Source: Carcharhinus longimanus (taxonomy: Eukaryota). Taken from it: a DNA stretch of 64,000 bases. Made by a program: the position numbers and the translations under genes. Below the pieces are notes generated by a model. The model did not search any database. It was not told where the DNA came from and was given only the letters and a program-made list of their open reading frames with translations. The DNA lies in NCBI GenBank assembly GCA_030264375.1, contig JASCQW010000032.1:70508581-70572580 (forward strand), in the 5' to 3' direction. Shown one piece after another: positions 49,236-61,940 of this stretch; position 1 is the first letter of the stretch; the number at the start of each line of letters is the position of its first letter.

Positions 49236-50598
49236 GGTGAAGCAGGGTAGGAGTGTTTGGACCAGGGCATATGGACATGAATAATTTCCTAGTTTTAGAG
49301 TATAATAGTCTTTGCTTTTATATTATTATCATCAATTAATACATTGGAAACCTCTCATGCAAAAATAATCCACATTGTGGTTACACTGTCCCACCAGTGG
49401 TGGTGCTGTACCATCTCTGCAGGAACCAGAGTACAATTCATGCATGACAATTTTATGTAAGTATTTTCCATTCTACATGTCATCTTACTCCATTTTAATT
49501 TACAGGAAGCTTGAGCTGACCTGAATATTTCAGTAAATTATAGATAGTCATAGATGAATTAAGGGTGTATTGGTAAATTGTTGCAATCCCCNNNNNNNNN
49601 NNNNNNNNNNNNNNNNNNNNNNNNNNNNNNNNNNNNNNNNNNNNNNNNNNNNNNNNNNNNNNNNNNNNNNNNNNNNNNNNNNNNNNNNNNNNNNNNNNNN
49701 NNNNNNNNNNNNNNNNNNNNNNNNNNNNNNNNNNNNNNNNNNNNNNNNNNNNNNNNNNNNNNNNNNNNNNNNNNNNNNNNNNNNNNNNNNCTCCTTGCTT
49801 ATACTGTACTCTGTACCTTAAGTGGATTCTTCATTCTCCAGAAACCAAGCTGAAATTATTCTCAGCTCCTGCTGGTTTGCTTCCTTTTTCCTTTTTCCAG
49901 ATGGATAACTTCTATTCTGTGAACTGAATCTCGGTGAAGTTTACTCTAGCTCTGGCCAAAACTAGGTGAATCTTCCAGCCTTGTTTAAATCCTCACAAAC
50001 TGGGTCCCATCTAGCTGAGGGTGAGCTCCCACCCACATTGTATGTGGTGAACTCTAGAAACTAGCTGCCTCTTTCCTCTGTTCTGTCTCTTTCTTTCTCA
50101 CTTTTAGGTCCCTGCAGGCTGACCGCTATGTGAATCTCTTCAGAAAAACTCTATAATCTGATACTGCAATGGTTGTAATGGATTCTTGCCCCCTCTAAGC
50201 CCATCGTCATATTAACAACAATCACACAGGCCTTGTTTCCAAGCAGAAATTCTAATTAGCTATCCTCTAGATCCCCAACTTTATTCCATTTTGGAATTAA
50301 ATAGTTCAAAAAACTGCTTGCAAAAGCTAACCTTCCTAACACCCCCCTATGACTTAAAGATTAACTATCTATCAGCTATTGGCACAGCATCTGGTCATTG
50401 TTTACAATGTGAATATCTCGCATCTTCTGTCCAGTAAGACAACATTGCCCCACACCCCACCTTTAACTTTTAACAACCAAACCACCCAAGCTCGTTATCG
50501 AGCAGAATTCAGAACAGGTCACATGACTCCTCCATTCCTCCATTTTATCCTAATTTAAAGAGACAATCCTACAACATAACAATCTTGCAAACTTCATG

Positions 50599-50795
50599 AG
50601 GGGGGAGGATTTTTCTCCCTCTCTGCGGCGTGTTTGGTGGTGGTGGGAGGTGGCGTGTGCTCGCTGGTGGTGAGATCTTATCAATAAAATTTCCCATTAA
50701 AGGCACCCTTCGCTGCCGGGAAGCCCACAGTGGGGATGCATCAGCAGTGGGACTGTAAGGTTCAGCTGGCATAAATGGGAGCAAGATTTCAGTTC
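50599..50795. mobile_element. MITE-like element (second family)
   Basis: GGGGGGAGGATTTTCTCC start; reverse-similar to 47296-47480. Confidence 0.5.
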
Positions 50796-52126
50796 ATATC
50801 TGGAACAAAGTGCAAAGCAAATTTTAATTCAATTATCAGAAATTATGCTGTGCTGCACTAGTTATCAGTTGCTTAGCATTTTTGTATAGGGATACATGTC
50901 ACTAATTAAAATGAATAAACAGCTTTACATTTCACAAAAGAGAAACTTGTAGAGTTTTAGAAAATTTAGAATTTTATGAAACACATCCTAAAGATACAAT
51001 ACAAACAAACATATGTAAAAGTGAAGGTCATTGCCTAATCTCACATGATAATGATGCATTGAACAGATACATTGCTGATACATTTAAGAATATTTCCTGA
51101 TAATCTTGGAAAATTATCAATCTGATGTTATCAAAACCGTGTACCTAGCAATATCTAGACTTTGTTTCATTTCCTTCTCAGATAAAGCTGTTTGTCATAG
51201 CTGTCCATGCCAGAATGTAGGTGGGGAGAATACAGGTTAAGTGGTCTTGAAGGACGAAAGCGTTCAGATAGCATCATACTCATTTCAATATCCAATTCTT
51301 TCAAGAGTCCTTCAGAGTATGAAAAATGTCAATCAGAAATACACAAGACTGCTACTGAGAAGTCAGATAGATGATGATTCAAATCAGTTCTTCCATCTAC
51401 TATGCAAAACAGACAACTCAGCTCTTACCTTTCTTAACCATTTTTTACATTAGCGTAATTACCGCTCACTCTTTGGTTTAGCCAATGTGCAATTGTGCAG
51501 TTCTTTTTATCGTCGTGCTCATTCTTTCTTTCATGTATCAACAAATTCCATAAGAATTGCACACCTGAGAAAAGGGGGTTGAGTGTCAATTAATTTCCTC
51601 AGTTAAAATCCTGGAAGCAGTGGTGGGGATTTGGTGGAATAGTGTTGTGGGTTGAATGGAGCTCTAGGACAGAAAGCCATAAGATATAGGAGCAGATTTA
51701 GGCCATTCAGCCCATTGAGTTCTGACATTGTTGGAGTCAGGGAGAACAGAAGCATTTTTTTTAATAATTCCTTTTTGAACTTGTCATTTGATGGTTACTG
51801 TGGAGGGCTGAATGCCTACTCCACTCATTGATGGCTAATTTTCTAAAGGAATCCTTGAATTATGCTTCCATTTAAGTTCCATAAGGAGCCTAATGTTCTG
51901 GTTGGTGAACAAAAGTCCCCTCCGTGCATTTAACAAAGAGATCAACATCCTTGACGATTAAGCGCGAGTTGCCAAATCGTTATGATATGCACTTCTTCTA
52001 TGCCCAAATAAACAGGCACAACAAATTCAAATTTCTCCCCTCACATAGGAATTAAGAGCCTAATGTTTGTTGAAGGGCCCCTTGGTGAAGGACCCATTAA
52101 GGCAGCAACAAAAGAAGCTAACACCA

Positions 52127-52246
52127 GCGTGGGAATTCTACCGTCCAACCCGCCGCAGAATTGGAAAGGGGCAGACAATAGAAATGTCCACTGACCTTGC
52201 ACAGGAATTTCCAGTCTCGGTCAAGTGAGGCTGTAAAATCCCACCT
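52127..52246 (-). mobile_element. MITE family copy
   Basis: Reverse complement of 37635-37758. Confidence 0.7.
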
Positions 52247-52579
52247 CTATAGATCTATCCAAATCGGGATTATTCAACTGCCCAACGGAACATAATTTTC
52301 AAAACTTCCTTGTCTTCCTGTGGAGCTTGAACGAGTAGGAGCGCTCCACTAACTCCAGAAGCATCACAATTTCTCCCCAGCCCCTACCCATAGCCCCTCC
52401 AACCTGCTTACCTGGACTTACAGCAGGCGGCCAATAATAGAGTTCTTCTACCAAGCCTGTAGATACAACCAATACAAGCAACTCATTCAGAACATATTGA
52501 TAAGGCCAATTTCCATTCATCCTCAGGCTGACTTATTTCTCCCTGACTCTTTTTAACCTCTGTTGATTCTGTCTAATGA

Positions 52580-52700
52580 AAGAAAAATACTGCAGACTTT
52601 GGGAATCTGAAACAAAACAGGAATGCTCAGTAGGTCTGACACCATCTGTGGTGAGAGAAGCAAGTTAGCATTTCAAGAGAAATGTGATTCTTCAGAATTT
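52580..52700 (-). mobile_element. Family B Penelope-like terminus with decayed hammerhead motif
   Basis: AAATACTGCAGA...CTCAGTAGGTCTGACACCATCTGTGG; minus strand 52699-52663 reads AATT CTGAAGA ...GAA ATGC T AACT. Confidence 0.6.
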
Positions 52701-53353
52701 CTTCTATTCTGGCCGAACAGCCACATGCTTTGTTTACTTGGTTTTGGGCGCAAACTGGTGGTTGGTGTGTCTAGCAGGCCTGTTTGTAGTGTCTGTGTCA
52801 TTAAACGCTTCATGTTAGTTGGACATCTACCCAGTAGTGGGAGAAATGCAGGTGGATAATTGTATAGCCAACAAGTAAGGCCTACAGAAATCTACTTGCA
52901 ATCTGTATTGATGGATAAAAATCATCAATCTGATCAGTGCTAGGATTTTTCCAACAGTATTCATTGGGGGATCAGTATCTTTGAAGGTGGCATTTATTAC
53001 CATATACAATTATATGTTGGCACAGATTTACTACAGGTATGAATGCCAATCAACTGCCCCTGTTTTATGCTCAGCTGCTCCTGCTTTACATTCAGCTGCA
53101 ATTTAGGGGCATGAACCCACAATGCCAACTTATCTGTAGGATCGTGGCACAGTGAAAACTTATGAGGCTTTTACATCACTTCATATAGTACATAGCACAG
53201 TGTCACGAGAGTTGATTTTGGCTGCAACTGAATCTCGAACTTTGGCCCAAAGGCTCCCTCACAACACTGAGAGCGTTCTTGAGGATTCCTATGCTGCAAC
53301 CCAAAGGTTTTCAAGGTCAGAGATACCGAGATCAAGATGTGCCACCATGTGGG

Positions 53354-53588
53354 TGTAATAGCTCCTCAGACGCAGAAGTCCCTTCACCAAAATCCATTTA
53401 TTTACAAACTCTAACAGCAGTACACAGAGTGCTAGCAGATAGCAGTTGATCTGTGGGGGTGTCAGAGGAACTGACACTCCCAGTTAAGTTCAAGGCAAAG
53501 ACTCCCTGATTGGCTCATCAATTGGATCCTTAACAGGGAGTTCATATTCCAGTAGGCGAACCTCAATAGCCTGATTGAAGTCATTATA
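53354..53588 (-). mobile_element. Solo LTR (235 bp) with 5-bp TSD
   Basis: TGTAAT...ATTATA termini (one change from TG...CA) flanked by GTGGG at 53349-53353 and 53589-53593; AATAAA on the minus strand near 53397-53402. Confidence 0.7.
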
Positions 53589-55653
53589 GTGGGTTTCAGA
53601 TTCATTTGGCGAAGATTACGTTATCATTACGATTATGGTGGGTTGATCTGTTGGCATAATGGAAAATTAGTTAATGAATGGGAGGTAGTGGAATCTTTTA
53701 AGTTGAAATCTAAGAATCATACCTTCTTATCAGTGTTCATATGATTGTTTCACTGATGAATCACAGGATATTTTTAAGTTTAGTTAACAAACTGCAATTT
53801 ACAGAGGAGATTGATCAGAGAAGGAAAGGTATCTGTATGAACCTAAAGGTGATTAGGAATAACTGAACATGAAAGGCACTGACACCAGTGAAAATGCCCT
53901 CTTGTTGAGCGCCTGGACTTAACAGAAAAATACTGTAAGATTCACACACATAAGCCACAGGACTGAAGATAAGCACAATAGTTTTCCTATCTTATCCTCC
54001 ACCTTTATCTGTAGACTTGTGCCAGGCACAGAAAAATGAGCTACGTTGGAATCTTTGTGATCTGTTTGCTTTCAAACCAGTGCCATTACATTATACTATG
54101 TACCTTAAACATAAAAATAGAACATCTGAGACAACACATTTTTATAACCACTCTTTGACTTTATAAGGGCAGATGTATGTCTGCCCCAAAAGACTCTGGG
54201 ATACTTTTTTTGGGAGTGTCTCCAGTATTGTGGGCGTCACACCCACACCTACTGATGTGGTTCAACTTTACCCTGGGGAGGCATGAAATTAAGCAACTCT
54301 GAATCGTTTACATAGATACGTTTGATCTAAATTGCATTGAAAACCACTCCAAATTAAAAGCATCTGTATAAATGTGAAATGTTTGTTTCCTATGTCTGGT
54401 AGAAATAGGACTGACTCTGACAGGCACATGTTCATGTGATGAGAAAGACCACATTTATACATACCTCGAGGACATTTGCTTTATATATAAGAATGTCTTA
54501 TCCTACATTAATGGCATCACTTAGTTATTTTAATTTGTACCCTTGTTTTGAATCTCAGAGTATCATACTCTCAAGAAACAATATTAAATTATGATTAATA
54601 AGGAATCTCTACTTTGATCTAATCAAAGACATTTGAAAGATTGTGCAATTAAAAATGATGTAATTCCACTTTAACATAAATATACAAGAGTGCTGGCTTA
54701 TTTTGTGTGATGTGGGAAATGGTAACAAGTAGTTGAGTCGTCCTTGAACAATCTTGGTGCTTAATTGGTTTGAGGAGAAGGTAACTTCTGGAAATGCTTT
54801 CTGCTCTGAGGATTGCTTCCCCTTTGTAAATGTGCCTATTTTAACTAAATGCTGGCTGGACACTAGGTCCACATTGTCCATTATGCAGCAGCCACAGTGT
54901 CCTGATCATCAGCAGTCGCCAGAGGCTGTGAAAAGTGTGAGGGAGATCCTCTGTGTAAAAAAAAACCCGTGTCAAAACAATCTCAAATTTATCTACTGAC
55001 CTTCAGCATACCGGTATATGCTGTACTTCTGACCCTAATGAGATGTGCCTAAGGGAGAAAAAGCATCAGTAAGCAACTGCTATATCCTGGTGTACAACGG
55101 TTCAAATTAGATAGTAATTAATTACTCACAGAATCTTCAGTGGTGACTGTTCATGTATATTGGATTATTGCCCATTTCTGTTGGTTTCTATACTGCGTCA
55201 GTGCACTTTGTTGGGCTACTAATTGTACTTGCTCCTTGGCATCAGGCTTCCTAATTCTTAGTATCTATTTCGGTTCACATTATGGCTTCCATGTTTGTCC
55301 TTTCTAACTATTGTCAATCTTGATTAATGAACCTTCATTAATAAACATCCTGCTTTTTGGTTTCCACCTACAATTGCTACATGGCGGTGCATGGAATCAA
55401 TTAGTCTGTACAATGTGATTTATTCTGCTCAGATCTTGGGAGCAGGTCAAAGTTCATTGACGCCAATTTTAGCAGTTGTGACTTTATACCAAGAATAATG
55501 GTTTGTCCTTCAAGTTTAAATTGGTGGATTTTTAAGTATTCTACAAATCTTATTATGAAATGAACTGAAATCATGAGTCATTTGATTCTTAAACTATTTT
55601 AGCTTTATAAAATCAATTGTAATTCTTCCTTAATGGTTAATAGTTAGAGTTGG

Positions 55654-55965
55654 ATAGAATCCCTGCAGTGCAGAAGGAGGCCATTTGGCCCACCAACAAT
55701 AGTCATACCCAGGCCCCATCCACATAACCCACACATTTACTCTGCTAATCTCCCTGACACCAAGGGGCAATTTAGCATGGCCAATCCACCTATCCTGCAC
55801 ATTTTTGGAGTGTGGGAGGAAACCAGAGCACCTTGACAAAATCCATGCAGATGTAGGGAGAACATGAAAACTCCACACAGACAGTCACCCAAGGCTGGAA
55901 TTGAATCCGGATCCCTAGCGCTATGAGATAGTAATGCTAACCATTGTCTAACCACCATGCCACCC
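55654..55965 (-). mobile_element. HE1-type V-SINE, full length
   Basis: Same head, V-domain and tail as 35353-35683. Confidence 0.9.
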
Positions 55966-56079
55966 ATAAAAGTGGGTGACAGAGCGGTTCGCACTGCTGT
56001 CTCACTTTAAAAATTACTGATTTTCTGAAGGGAACAGTATCTAAACTCTTTTTAAATGTAATGTGAAAAAGAAAGAGAA

Positions 56080-56520
56080 GACTTCACAACATTTCACTGT
56101 CTCAGGATGCCCCAAAGCTCTTCGTAAACATTTTTCAAAGTACTATCTTACAAGTTACTATCACCAGCACAACATAGGAAAGACACAGCAGCCAAAATTG
56201 TACACAAGGTCCCACAAATAAAAATAAGCGAAATAATCTGATAACACATATTTTTTTCTTTTGATGACTTTGACTTGAGGGATAAAACTTGGCCTGGACA
56301 ACTTTCNNNNNNNNNNNNNNNNNNNNNNNNNNNNNNNNNNNNNNNNNNNNNNNNNNNNNNNNNNNNAGTCTTGCTTTCAAATCTCATCTGAAAGCAAGTG
56401 CAGTGTTCCCTCATTAACTGCACTAGAGTGTCGTCCTACATTATCTGCTCAAATCTCAGGAGTGAGGTTTCAAAACATAACCATCTGACTCAGAGTTAAG
56501 AATGCTCCATTGAGCCAAGG
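56080..56520 (-). mobile_element. Deu-domain SINE (gap inside)
   Basis: Collinear with 37795-38207, including ATCTCATCTGAAAG...CAGTGTTCCCTCA...CTGCACTAGAGTGTC. Confidence 0.65.
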
Positions 56521-57394
56521 CTTGTTAGATTACTTTCTAGTTGGATTTAATTGCAAGCTCTAAAGGAAGGCCCAGTAACTTTCTACGGTGCTGATGTGAT
56601 CAGATTTTTGTACATATTTTCAACATGNNNNNNNNNNAATATTAGCAATTATTGGCAGTTTTAACCAGCCCAGTCAGCTACAGGGTCCTGTAATCTGCCA
56701 ACAGGAGTCAATTTTACAGCTCCAGGTCACCAATGGGGACCCTAACCCACCATCAGTGGAAATTAATAAACCTACTGACCACTGGTTGGAAAATCATGGT
56801 CTGTGAATTCCTGAGTGTCTGACGTGTGCTGCCAGCAGGTAAGGGTGTGTGTCAGCTGCATGTACTTGTAAATCTACCCCCGATGTATAATTAACAACTA
56901 CTGAAAATAAACGAAGCTGCAATACAGCCCATTAATACCTCCCTTCTTGGCACCTAATGAAGAATGATATTGCCAGTTCCCTGGACCTCACAAGTCACTC
57001 CAGCTAAAGCCAAATACGACACTGCACAGATTCATCATCATCTTGTTCTTTTTGCATGTCAGTGCCTGACATGTAACATCCCAAAATCCCATTTATCCTT
57101 CATAAGGCTTTTCCCTGCTTGAGTTGTGTTTTTAAAGATCTGAATATCTGCACCTCATTTCGTTCAGATTTTAAATCTCTGTCAACAAATGAGAGCCAAT
57201 TTTAACTCAGCCCATGGGACTGTGGTGGTATTAAAATTTCTGTGCAGCAGTTGTGGCTCCATTGTCACTAAACTGCCATGTTTACTAGAGTTTTTCATTG
57301 GATTTAGGCAAGAGTCTCATGACAACATGCAAATTAGAGCCATAAGATGTACAATTAGCACCACATTAGTGCCAAGAATTGCCATTATCTGCAG

Positions 57395-57958
57395 AAGAGA
57401 GCCTAACCACCTTCCCTTGATATTCAATGGCATTGCCATTGCAAAATCATCATGGATAAGAAGTTCAGCAGGGCCAGCATATGCCATAGATACTAGAGTA
57501 GGGCAGAAACTGGGTATTTTGTGGCAAATGACTTACCTCCAAAGTTTCTTCACTACTATTACAGTGCGTGTCATGAAGTAATGGATGTTTTCCATTTGTC
57601 TGGATGGAAGACCACACAAGTAGGTCCGCACCATCCAGGACGAGGCAATCAGCACCTCCTCCATCAGCTTAAACATTTACTCCCTCCACCACCAGTGACA
57701 TGGCTGCAGTGTGTATTGTCTGCAGGACAAGACACATGGCAAAGTCATCGCTTCCCCTAAGTCACACACAAATCCAACAGGCATCATTACCACCCCTTCA
57801 ACTCCGTTGGATTAAAACCCTGGAATTCCCTACCCAACAGTATTGTGCACATACCTTAATCCCAGTGACTTCACAGGTTTCAGAAGAAGGCCCACCACCC
57901 CTTTCCCAAGGGAAACTAAGTAAGGGCAATAAATGCCAACTTTGTCAGTGAAAAAAAT
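57395..57958 (+). mobile_element. CR1-clade (L2/Crack-like) LINE 3' portion, decayed
   Basis: Collinear with 48655-49022 (CATTTACTCCCTCCACCACC...GGGCAATAAATGCC). Confidence 0.65.
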
Positions 57959-58235
57959 TAGGACAGACACTGACGATATGTTTAGGCAGTGATCAGGGAC
58001 AGCACTTATTCTGAAAACATTCACTCTTATTATGATTGATATGACTTATTCATTCAGGCTCAGGTTAGGAAAGTTGTCAAGAAACTCCTCTGGTGGGAAG
58101 TAGCCAGTCGTATTAACAAGTCTAATGATGAATCACTGAATAGGAAATGAGTCAGAAGGACAGACCACCCACTTTCGGTGGTCAGCAGTATAAAAAGAAG
58201 AGAAACATTGATGTTGAAGGTCAATCTATCTGGTT

Positions 58236-58318
58236 GTGCCTAGGAAGGAATCCCAGTGCCTGGACGGAATCCCAGTGCCTGGGACGGAATCCCAGTGCCT
58301 AGGAAGGACTCCCAGTCT
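58236..58318. repeat. ~20-bp minisatellite (GTGCCT[A/G]GGA[A/C]GGAATCCCA), at least 4 units, runs into gap
   Basis: Directly visible tandem units of 19-21 bp. Confidence 0.9.
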
Positions 58319-60244
58319 TGNNNNNNNNNNNNNNNNNNNNNNNNNNNNNNNNNNNTCCCCAAAACAAAAGGCTAACCAGGCAAAGTTAGGTTTGCCAACA
58401 ATGTGGCATGGTTTCTCACTTCTCTTACTCATGAATGGAAGTTGAAGTTAAGTGCAGTGCCTCGTGATTATAACTGTTCTTCTGTATTTAGGCTGACTGT
58501 CTGCAAATATACTGGCTGAACCACTTATATCTGGCCTTTTCTCACTTAACTGGTTGCAGTCCGGATGCTGACAGGTTGGTGAGGCACACGTAACGGCATA
58601 TGTGAGAGCCACAGTGTCCAATTCAGACCACAAGGGGGTACTATTGTTATTCCCTCGGGATACTCTATTGTATGATTAAATATCGGGCAGTGTTGGCACA
58701 GTAAGGCGTGCGGATCACCCAGCAGAGTGTCCCGTCCCGCTGAACCCAGAAGAACATTTAATTGGGACCCGACAAAGCATTACAACAAAGAAATAGGCCC
58801 ATATAAAATCCGCATCTGTAACTTATCAAGCTGAGGAGGCAAACAGTGACTCTACCAGTTAATACGTCAACATCTCTTTTAAGCAACCTATGCACTGGAT
58901 TTTACGGTAGCAATTTCTAGGCATTCAATAAGAATCATGAATTCTAATTATTCATGCACTAATCACTAATATCAAGTATTAAACCAAAACACTTCTTTTC
59001 CATTTGTGTTTTAATATCCATTTCCCCTCTTTTCATTTCATTTTCCACGTTATTTAACAGTCAACTAGGTGGGTTGGCCAATGAAACAAAACACGAAGGG
59101 CATCAATTTAGATGGCACTATTTTGTAGTCTGACCAGTAAGGTACGTACATCAGCTCACGATTGATATTGGTGATTCTGTCTACATTGCAGCTGCTAATT
59201 TAGGCTTGTACAGATTTTACAGCTGGTCTGTATCAAAAGGCATAGTGTGGATGGTGCAAATGTGATTATGCTGCTTTTCCTGCAAAGTAAAAATGTTGCA
59301 CGGCTGGTTTTAATCTATCTGAGAATCAAAATGATTCAAATCAGACTCATCAAAAAGCCTGATTCAACTAACCATTGGACTTCCACCCCCATGCTCAAAA
59401 TAGCACATACAGCAAACTGTAATGTAATAGCTTGTGACACATATTCCACTTTTGACGGCAAGGTGCTCTTTAAATTCATGAGAGAGCACAATAAGAGAAA
59501 GAGGCCATTAGAGAGTAGTACTGAGCTTCTTTACCACAAAGGTGAGGCTGTTGAGACTTTGAAACATCAAAGAGAGGGGAAGGAAATATCCCCAATACAC
59601 CAAGGAATCATTTGACTCAAATTAAGCCAAGTAGATCATTAATCCAATCGAACCACATTCTAGCCACCAGAAGTAGTAGATATATCAAACAGTTAGGTCA
59701 CTACAGAGGTCATACAGAATGACCTGAGAGGCTGCACAGTTAAAACATTGAATTTATCCCAATACACTAGTGATTATGAAAATAATTCCAACAGCATTGC
59801 TGAGGTGGTACAACTTGGATGCGTTATCCAAGATTTCTGTGGAGACTGGATGCTAAGCCACCATAAAGATGTGTTGGATGCTTAAACCACTGTACAGTTC
59901 TCATGCTTTGGCCTATATNNNNNNNNNNNNNNNNNNNNNNNNNNNNNNNNNNNNNNNNNNNNNNNNNNNNNNNNNNNNNNNNNNNNNNNNNNNNNNNNNN
60001 NNNNNNNNNNNNNNNNNNCCTATATGCTCGACAGCACCATCGAGATTAGATAGTTAACATTTCTGTAGAAAGACACAGAGATGAGAAACTTAATTGTCAA
60101 TGAGCTCACTTGCTTAGAAAATTTGCGATACATCTGCAGAAGATAATGGAAGTAATTTTAAACTTGAAATGGATAGGGAAACTAGCAGTGGGGGAATTGG
60201 TTGCCATTCAACTAATTTCCCAGTTAGATTGTTCCCAAATCTGG

Positions 60245-60570
60245 AGAAACATAGAATCCCTACAGTACAGAAGGAGGGCACTCAGCTCATCAGGTCTGCG
60301 CTGACTCTCCAATACAGCATCCTATCCAGGCCCTATGCCTGTAACCTCATGTATTTACCCCACTAATCCCCCTAAACTGCACATCTTGGGACACTAAGAG
60401 GCAATTTAGTATGTCCAATCAATTTTGGAGTTGAAACATCTGGAAGAAACCAACACAGACACGGGGAGAACATGCAAACTCCGCACAGATAGTCACCCAA
60501 GGCCAGAATCGAACCCGGGTCCCTGGTACTGTGAGACAGCAGTGCTAACCACTGTGCCGCTGTGCTAGCC
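60245..60570 (-). mobile_element. HE1-type V-SINE, full length
   Basis: Tail AGAAACATAGAATCCCTACAGT; B box GGTTCGATTCT on minus. Confidence 0.9.
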
Positions 60571-61436
60571 TGTTTTCTCTATACATGGGAGTTCAACTTC
60601 CTTCCAGCCTCTGTTTCAGAAAACCCTACAGAAGCCCACGAGAGAGTGCCAACTCTCCTGCTGTCAGGAGCAATGCAATAGAAAGTGCGGGCAGGATGGA
60701 ACAACATGGTAGCTCGCGTTCCATGTGGAAGGCTTGTTCTTCCGGGGGAAACAGGCCACTAAAATTCAAATCAGCCTTCAATTTCCACTTTTAAAGAAAA
60801 GGACCTTTCTGTATTGATTCAAATTAAACTTCACCCTGACATTTTAACCTGCCTACGTATAGGTTCATGTGTGGCTTTAAGTAGGTACTGTGCGGAACAG
60901 TAATTACAATTTTTGCTGATACCAGTTCAATTCTTGACTGTGGGTTAGAATGAGGTATATGAAAATAACTGGGTTGGACACTAAATTTGATCAATTTTGG
61001 CTGATGTAGCTGAACCAATGCTGAGTAAACATGAAGACAAATGCGCACAGATGTAGCACAGAAGTACATCAAAGGCTTTGTGTTTGAATTTAGTCCACTG
61101 GATGTGATGTCGTATGTACTATTTCAGTAATGACTAGGTTAGGTTTGGCATGTGCGTTGCTCTTAATACTCCACTAGGATCAGGTCTGTATTCCAAATGT
61201 TAAGATGGTTTTTTTCCTGGAATAAAAGGATTTCACACAAAGAATCACTTTTATCTCTGCGTCGACTTTGTAATGCCATCTCTAACTGCAGGTTACTGAT
61301 CCACATGACTCAATTCAAACCGGTCACAATTGATACACATGTTTTGAAATTATTAATTGGCTCCATGTGATTTCAATTAAAAACAATAACTTCCGACAAA
61401 CATTAGTTTTTGTGACATTAACTGGCACCAAAGATG

Positions 61437-61653
61437 TTTTTTTTTATTTATTCATGGGATGTGGGTGTCGCTGGCTGGGTCAGCAGTTATTGCCCCCAGC
61501 CCTAATTGTCCTTGAAACGAGTGACTCGTTTAGCCATTTATAAATCAACCTCATTGCTGTAGATCTAGAGTCACATGTAGGCCAGACCGAGCAAGGACAT
61601 TAACGAACCAGATGGGTTTTTATAGCAATTGGCAATGGCTTCATGATCATCAC
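61437..61653 (-). mobile_element. tRNA-SINE family C, 3' part
   Basis: Matches 32700-32915. Confidence 0.75.
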
Positions 61654-61656
61654 TGG

Positions 61657-61940
61657 ATCACAGAATCATTGCAGAAGAAACTCTTTGGCCCATCAAATTT
61701 ACACCAACATGTGAGAGCCACGTAACCAGCCTCATTTACCAGCACTTGGTCCATAGCCTCGGATGCTATGACATTGCTAAGTGTCCATTCAAGTACTTTT
61801 TAAAGATGTGAGGCAATCTGCTTCCACCACCCTCCCAGGCAGTGCATTCCAGATGTTCAACACCCTCTGGTTAAAGAAGTTTTTCCTCACATTCCCTCTC
61901 AACCTCTTGCCCTTCACCTTGAACTTGCACCCCCTATCAC
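61657..61940 (-). mobile_element. CR1 LINE 3' end (ORF2 C-terminus plus 3' UTR)
   Basis: RGCKFKVKGKRLRGNVRKNFFNQRVLNIWNALPGRVVEADCLTSLK is the canonical CR1 ORF2 ending (FFxxRVxxxWNxLP). Confidence 0.9.

Noticed and set aside
49250-49280. GVFGP-coding stretch resembling the last RhoGAP exon (GIVFGPTL)
   Set aside because: No acceptor context, the flanking residues do not match, and there is a stop shortly after.
51882-52071. Short direct repeat GAGCCTAATGTT at ~51886 and ~52055
   Set aside because: Possibly a TSD or local duplication, but I could not define an element between the copies.
58236-58318. Regularly spaced repeats resembling a CRISPR array
   Set aside because: Units are contiguous with no unique spacers, and the context is eukaryotic: a minisatellite.
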